IMG/VR virus record: IMGVR_UViG_3300032304_000877
Span: 1-46,822 of that record
Source: a virus
Lineage: Duplodnaviria; Caudoviricetes
Direction: 5' to 3' (one strand)
DNA length: 46,822 nt
In this document: positions 42,480 through 46,822 of the stretch, one piece after another
Numbering within the stretch: the stretch's first letter is position 1
Layout of the letters: every line of letters starts with the position of its first letter
Notes under the pieces: generated by a model
The model's database searches: none
What the model saw: the letters and a program-made list of their open reading frames with translations, nothing else
What the model was told of the DNA's origin: nothing
Position numbers and translations under genes: made by a program

Positions 42480-43316
42480 ATGTCAAACGAATACAAAATA
42501 GCAATCTTATTACCCACACGAGGCCGTACTGCGGCATTATCTCGTAGCATTGAAACCTTGGTAACTCTAGCAGATGATGTTGACAGTATACAAATCATGC
42601 TAGGGTTTGACAATGATGACACTGTAGGCCTTGAACATTTTCAATCCGAGCTGCAACCGTGGTTAGATCAGCACCATGTCAATTACACCGCTATGACATT
42701 TGCTCCTATGGGCTATATACGTCTTAACGAATATGTAAATATCCTAGCAAAAAATTCATCTGCAGATTGGTTGGTTTTCTGGAACGACGACGCTTTGATG
42801 GAAACTCAAGGGTGGGATCGTGAAATTGCCAGTTACACCGGACAGTTTAAAATTTTAGCATTCCGCACTCACAACGATCATCCTTATAGTATTTTTCCTA
42901 TAGTGCCGTGCGATTGGTTAACTGTGCTAGGGCATCTCAGTCCACACCAAATATCAGATGGATGGATTAGCCAGGTTGCCTATTGTATAGATATCATGCA
43001 ACGTACATCAATCCAGGTTAAACATGACCGTGCCGACCTTACCGGCAATAATCTTGATGAGACTTACAAAAATAGACCCATGCTGGAAGGCAATCCTAGC
43101 AGTCCACATGACTTTCATCATCGTACCTGGTCTGCTAAAAGAACAGAGGACTGCGACACATTAACAGTCTATATGAAAAACAAAGGTCTGGATACTTCTT
43201 GGTGGGAAAACATCAAAAAAGGAACACAAGATCCCTGGGTAAAATTACGCATCAACGATCCCAATGATCAAATGCGTCAATTCAATATCGATCGCAATGG
43301 CAAGGTAAAAGTATGA
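42480..43316 (+). CDS. family 2 (GT-A) glycosyltransferase-like protein
   Basis: ILLPTRGR, FDNDD and FWNDD motifs. Confidence 0.75.
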   Translation: MSNEYKIAILLPTRGRTAALSRSIETLVTLADDVDSIQIMLGFDNDDTVGLEHFQSELQPWLDQHHVNYTAMTFAPMGYIRLNEYVNILAKNSSADWLVFWNDDALMETQGWDREIASYTGQFKILAFRTHNDHPYSIFPIVPCDWLTVLGHLSPHQISDGWISQVAYCIDIMQRTSIQVKHDRADLTGNNLDETYKNRPMLEGNPSSPHDFHHRTWSAKRTEDCDTLTVYMKNKGLDTSWWENIKKGTQDPWVKLRINDPNDQMRQFNIDRNGKVKV

Positions 43317-44092
43317 CAAAATCTTTAGAACAACGTATTCGAGATTACTGGAACAACCAACCTTGCAATGTTCGACACAGCAAAAATCCACCCGGAAGTT
43401 TGGAATTTTTTCAAGATGTATCTGCTCGGCGATATCGTGTTGAGCCACACATTCCAGAATTTGCTGGTTTTTATCTGTGGCAAGGAAAACAAGTATTAGA
43501 AATTGGCCCAGGAATTGGCTCAGATGCTGCCGAATTTGCTCGCAACGGAGCCGACTATTACGGTATAGACTATTCAGATGAAAGTGTTAAATTAGCTCAA
43601 CAAAGATTCAAAGTTGAAGAGCTTGAAGGTACATTTATTCACGGTGATGCCAGTGACATTTTGGCCTACGACAACTTGCCCAAGATGGACTTGGTCTACA
43701 GTTATGGAGTTATACATCACTTTCCGGCTATAGATCGTATTATTGATAATGTGTACAATATTCTCAAGCCTGGTGGTGAATTCCGTTTCATGGTGTATGC
43801 CAAGAACTCCTGGAAGCAGGCCATGATCAACCGAGGGTTAGATCAATTTGAAGCACAGGCCGGTTGTCCCTATGCCAAGAGTTATACCAAGGATGACATA
43901 TTAGAGTTGTTAGGGTCCAAATTTCATCTTGAACGATTGCGTCAAGATCATTGTTTCATGTACAATGTAGAAGCATACAAGCAAGGTCGTTATGAATTAG
44001 AGCCGTGGTTTGAGGCCATGCCCGAAGCCATGCGCGAAGCAGTCAAAGAATACCTAGGTTGGCATCTCCTGGTCAAAGCGAGAAAACTTTGA
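43313..44092 (+). CDS. class I SAM-dependent methyltransferase
   Basis: VLEIGPGIG, GIDYS, GDA, DLVYSYGVIHH and LKPGG motifs. Confidence 0.9.
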   Translation: MTKSLEQRIRDYWNNQPCNVRHSKNPPGSLEFFQDVSARRYRVEPHIPEFAGFYLWQGKQVLEIGPGIGSDAAEFARNGADYYGIDYSDESVKLAQQRFKVEELEGTFIHGDASDILAYDNLPKMDLVYSYGVIHHFPAIDRIIDNVYNILKPGGEFRFMVYAKNSWKQAMINRGLDQFEAQAGCPYAKSYTKDDILELLGSKFHLERLRQDHCFMYNVEAYKQGRYELEPWFEAMPEAMREAVKEYLGWHLLVKARKL

Positions 44093-45039
44093 AAAAGATT
44101 GTGTATGTAACTGGATGTTTGGGATTTATAGGAGTCCATGTCACACGTCAGTGCCTGGCACGTGGTTGGCACGTGATTGGTGTAGACAAAGGCACCTATG
44201 CTAGCAATTTTAATTTTTTAGATGAGTTTCAGAAATACAATACATTCAAATTTATACACAAAGACATCAATGATCTTGACCGACTGTACGACTGCGATTA
44301 TATTATAAACACTGCCGCAGAAACTCATGTAGATAATTCAATCATGAGTTCTGAAATATTCCTGCGTAGCAATATCAACGGAGTTCATCGCTTGTTGGAA
44401 TTAATCAAACAACAGCCTGTTCAAAAGCAACCAACATTGTTGCATTTTTCAACAGATGAGGTCTATGGAGATATTGATTCCGGCGCCCATACTGAAACTG
44501 ATTTGTTAAAACCCAGTAATCCTTATTCGGCATCAAAGGCTTCTGCTGACATGTTAATCCTGGCTTGGGCTAGAACCTATGGTATTAAATATGTAATTGT
44601 GCGTCCTACCAATAACTATGGTATTGGACAATATGTTGAAAAATTAATTCCCAAGTCAATTAAGTATCTCAAAATAGGAAGAAAAATTGACCTTCACGAC
44701 CGTGGTGAACCACAAAGAACTTGGTTGCACGTTGAAGATACTGCTCGTGCAGTAATGACTGTGATTGATCACAACAGTATTAACGAAATCTACAACATTT
44801 CTGGCAATGCAGAAATGCCCAATAAAGAAGTTATTAAAAAGATTTTGCACCACTATCCTGGTGATGGGGCCGAAGGTCGTTGGGAAGATTACATTACTAG
44901 TAGCTACCGACAAGGCCAAGATGTACGCTATGCAATCAATGACTCTAAACTCAAGGCTCTAGGTTGGCAACCTTTGGCCAACTTTGATCAAGAATTACAA
45001 AGAGTTATAGAGTATTACATGTTAAATTTTATTTGGTGA
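44089..45039 (+). CDS. rfbB: dTDP-glucose 4,6-dehydratase (start revised to TTG 44089)
   Basis: TGCLGFIG, AAETHVDNS, STDEVYG, YSASK, NNYG..Q..EKLIP and R.GQD.RY motifs. Confidence 0.9.
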   Translation: MKKIVYVTGCLGFIGVHVTRQCLARGWHVIGVDKGTYASNFNFLDEFQKYNTFKFIHKDINDLDRLYDCDYIINTAAETHVDNSIMSSEIFLRSNINGVHRLLELIKQQPVQKQPTLLHFSTDEVYGDIDSGAHTETDLLKPSNPYSASKASADMLILAWARTYGIKYVIVRPTNNYGIGQYVEKLIPKSIKYLKIGRKIDLHDRGEPQRTWLHVEDTARAVMTVIDHNSINEIYNISGNAEMPNKEVIKKILHHYPGDGAEGRWEDYITSSYRQGQDVRYAINDSKLKALGWQPLANFDQELQRVIEYYMLNFIW

Positions 45040-45042
45040 TCT

Positions 45043-45195
45043 ATGGGAACATATTATAAAGAAGTAGCACAATTTATGGATGCCGTTGATCCAATCGGTG
45101 CATGGGTTGAGATTGGTGTTGACCGTGGAGAAGGTAGTACTAAATTCTTTGCCGACATAGCAAAAACAAAAGGTGCTATTTTAGGAAGACTTTAA
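45043..45195 (+). pseudogene. 50-aa remnant of a SAM methyltransferase (probable internal deletion)
   Basis: MGTYYKEV...WVEIGVDRGEGSTKFF...GAILGRL*: motif I only, far too short for the fold. Confidence 0.55.
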
Positions 45196-45197
45196 CA

Positions 45198-45920
45198 ATG
45201 AAAAATTATTTAGTTACTGCTATACGTCCAATTAGTTCAGGAACTCTCAACTACAAGGATCCTGAACTTTATCTAGAATACAAAAAAATGTGGGAAATGT
45301 CTCTTGCATCATATGAAAAATTTATTCAAGAACCATTTGAAGTAGTTGTATGGAATGATCCTGTTCCTGATGTAGACGCACATTGCACAGAAAACTGGTA
45401 TGCTATAAAAGAACTTTGGCACAAAGAACCTTGTAATATTTTATGGGCAGGCGCAGATACATTGATGATCCGGCCTACAGAATTATTTTCAGATAAATTT
45501 CCAGAATATCGAATGTTCAATTATACTGATCCACGAAGCTATGGAGATTTTGCACACCATTTTAATGATGACATACAATATTACCCACACACCATGTCAG
45601 ATGATGTGTGGAAATTAGGCGAAGAGTGGTTGATTCAAAGAGAAACACACCCAGATCGTAATTGGGGTTTTGATCAGCTAAGACACAATGCCATGTTTTG
45701 GAGTCAAGACATTCCAGACACAGACCGATTGCACCCAGAGATGGCCTATCAAGCAATGAATTTAAGGGTGCTGGCACAAAATGCAGTAGATTGGCACAAT
45801 GAGTGGAACGGAATAGATATAAATCAAGCACACATACTACATTTTCATGGTAGCCGTGGAAGTCAAGCAGTAATAAACATCATGAAAGAACTTTGCAATC
45901 AACTAGGTATTCAAACATGA
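45198..45920 (+). CDS. hypothetical protein, possibly glycosyltransferase-like
   Basis: LWAGADT (DxD-like), FDQ and ILHFHG motifs; lies in a sugar gene cluster. Confidence 0.55.
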   Translation: MKNYLVTAIRPISSGTLNYKDPELYLEYKKMWEMSLASYEKFIQEPFEVVVWNDPVPDVDAHCTENWYAIKELWHKEPCNILWAGADTLMIRPTELFSDKFPEYRMFNYTDPRSYGDFAHHFNDDIQYYPHTMSDDVWKLGEEWLIQRETHPDRNWGFDQLRHNAMFWSQDIPDTDRLHPEMAYQAMNLRVLAQNAVDWHNEWNGIDINQAHILHFHGSRGSQAVINIMKELCNQLGIQT

Positions 45921-46822
45921 AACAAATATTAGAAGACATTAAAAAATACATCGATGCCAAACACGCAGACAAGACCTGGGTAGCCGGCAAAGATTTTGTT
46001 AACTATGCTGGTCCGCATTTTACATCCGACGAGTATGTGGCTGCTGCCGAGGCCTTACTCAATGGTTGGCTTGTAATGGGCAACAAGAGCCTACGCTTTG
46101 AACAAAAGTTCCCTAAAGAGTTTGGTAAAAGCCGTGGAGTGTTGACCAACTCAGGTAGTAGTGCCAACCTCTTGATGATGACCGCAATGAAAAGCAAGCG
46201 TGGCCATAACTTTCCTCCAGGCACTAAGGTATTGATGCCCATTGCCGGATTCCCAACCACACTTAATCCAACTATACAAAATGGATTTACTCCAGTGTTC
46301 TGCGATATTGAAATTGATACTTTAAACATTGATCTGGATCAAGCAGAACAAATACTTGCCACCGATCCAGACATTAAAATTATAACCTTTGCACATGTGT
46401 TGGGCAACCCACCTAACATGGATCGTGTAATGGAATTAGTTTATAAACATAATCTGATCTTGTTAGAAGATTGTTGTGACGGATTGGGTACTAATTATGA
46501 TGGAAAACCATTGGGTAGCTTTGGTTTAATGGCAAGTTGCAGTTTTTATCCAGCACACCACATGACCATGGGCGAAGGTGGGTTTGTGGCCATGAATGAT
46601 CCGCAGCAAGAAATTATTGTGCGTAGCCTACGTGAATGGGGTCGTGGTTGTTATTGTGTAGGACCCGAGGCCAACAAATTAAAATGTGGCACCTGCGGTA
46701 AGCGATTCAATGAGTGGATTCCCGAAATGCCAGATCAGATATTTGATCACAAATATGTGTATGATGAAATTGGGTATAATTTAAAACCTATTGAACTACA
46801 AGCGGCTATGGGTCTTGAGCAA
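45917..46822 (+). CDS. rfbH: CDP-4-keto-6-deoxyglucose 3-dehydratase (RfbH/DdhC), 3'-truncated by window edge; not in ORF track
   Basis: Read by hand: NSGSSANLL, FPTTLNP, HVLGNP, EDCCD, SFYPAHHMTMGEGG (His in place of the PLP Lys), WGRGCYC...CGTCGKRF, DHKYVY..IGYNLK. Confidence 0.88.
   Translation, partial: MKQILEDIKKYIDAKHADKTWVAGKDFVNYAGPHFTSDEYVAAAEALLNGWLVMGNKSLRFEQKFPKEFGKSRGVLTNSGSSANLLMMTAMKSKRGHNFPPGTKVLMPIAGFPTTLNPTIQNGFTPVFCDIEIDTLNIDLDQAEQILATDPDIKIITFAHVLGNPPNMDRVMELVYKHNLILLEDCCDGLGTNYDGKPLGSFGLMASCSFYPAHHMTMGEGGFVAMNDPQQEIIVRSLREWGRGCYCVGPEANKLKCGTCGKRFNEWIPEMPDQIFDHKYVYDEIGYNLKPIELQAAMGLEQ

Noticed and set aside
1-46822. CRISPR array, tRNA or rRNA genes
   Set aside because: No regularly spaced direct repeats, cloverleaf or rRNA-like sequence seen; intergenic gaps are short.
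1-46822. Numerous short minus-strand and alternate-frame ORFs in the track
   Set aside because: They lie within long, motif-bearing plus-strand genes and lack SD or recognisable motifs; treated as shadow ORFs, except 3678-4235.
1-46822. Stop-codon reassignment as seen in some large phages
   Set aside because: Conserved genes are intact under code 11; TAA and TGA are common stops and TAG ends the 197-901 gene.

Overview
This window looks like part of a large, T4-related (jumbo-type) dsDNA phage genome. Genes are densely packed and almost all on the + strand, use the standard code, and often overlap as ATGA/TAATG. Three blocks are visible. (1) About 1-23.6 kb follows T4-like late-promoter cores (TAAATA) and holds two giant proteins (2082 and 1704 aa) plus smaller ORFs. 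Many start with a T4 internal-protein-like capsid-targeting peptide (M-[RK]-x-x-[ED]-F...E) and are split into unrelated modules at hydrophobic-x-E junctions, the T4 gp21 prohead-protease signature. My best candidate for a new system is a set of capsid-packaged, protease-processed polyproteins delivering enzymes (nucleotidyltransferase, HExxH zincin, amidoligase, GNATs, deaminase), cationic Cys-pair peptides and modules with cryptic signal peptides. (2) About 23.8-37.7 kb is a replication and base-modification block: DsbA-like protein, family B DNA polymerase, probable sliding clamp, TGT/DpdA-like transglycosylase, QueD-fold protein, glycosyltransferase, GalE and FolE. This suggests 7-deazaguanine, possibly glycosylated, DNA modification. 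(3) About 37.7-46.8 kb holds accessory genes: an FG-GAP lipoprotein behind a consensus sigma70 promoter, a HIT protein, a second QueD and a nucleotide-sugar cluster (GT2, methyltransferase, RfbB, RfbH). Several intergenic structured-RNA candidates and nested early/late promoters are also present. All calls come from motifs read by eye; no database searches were run.
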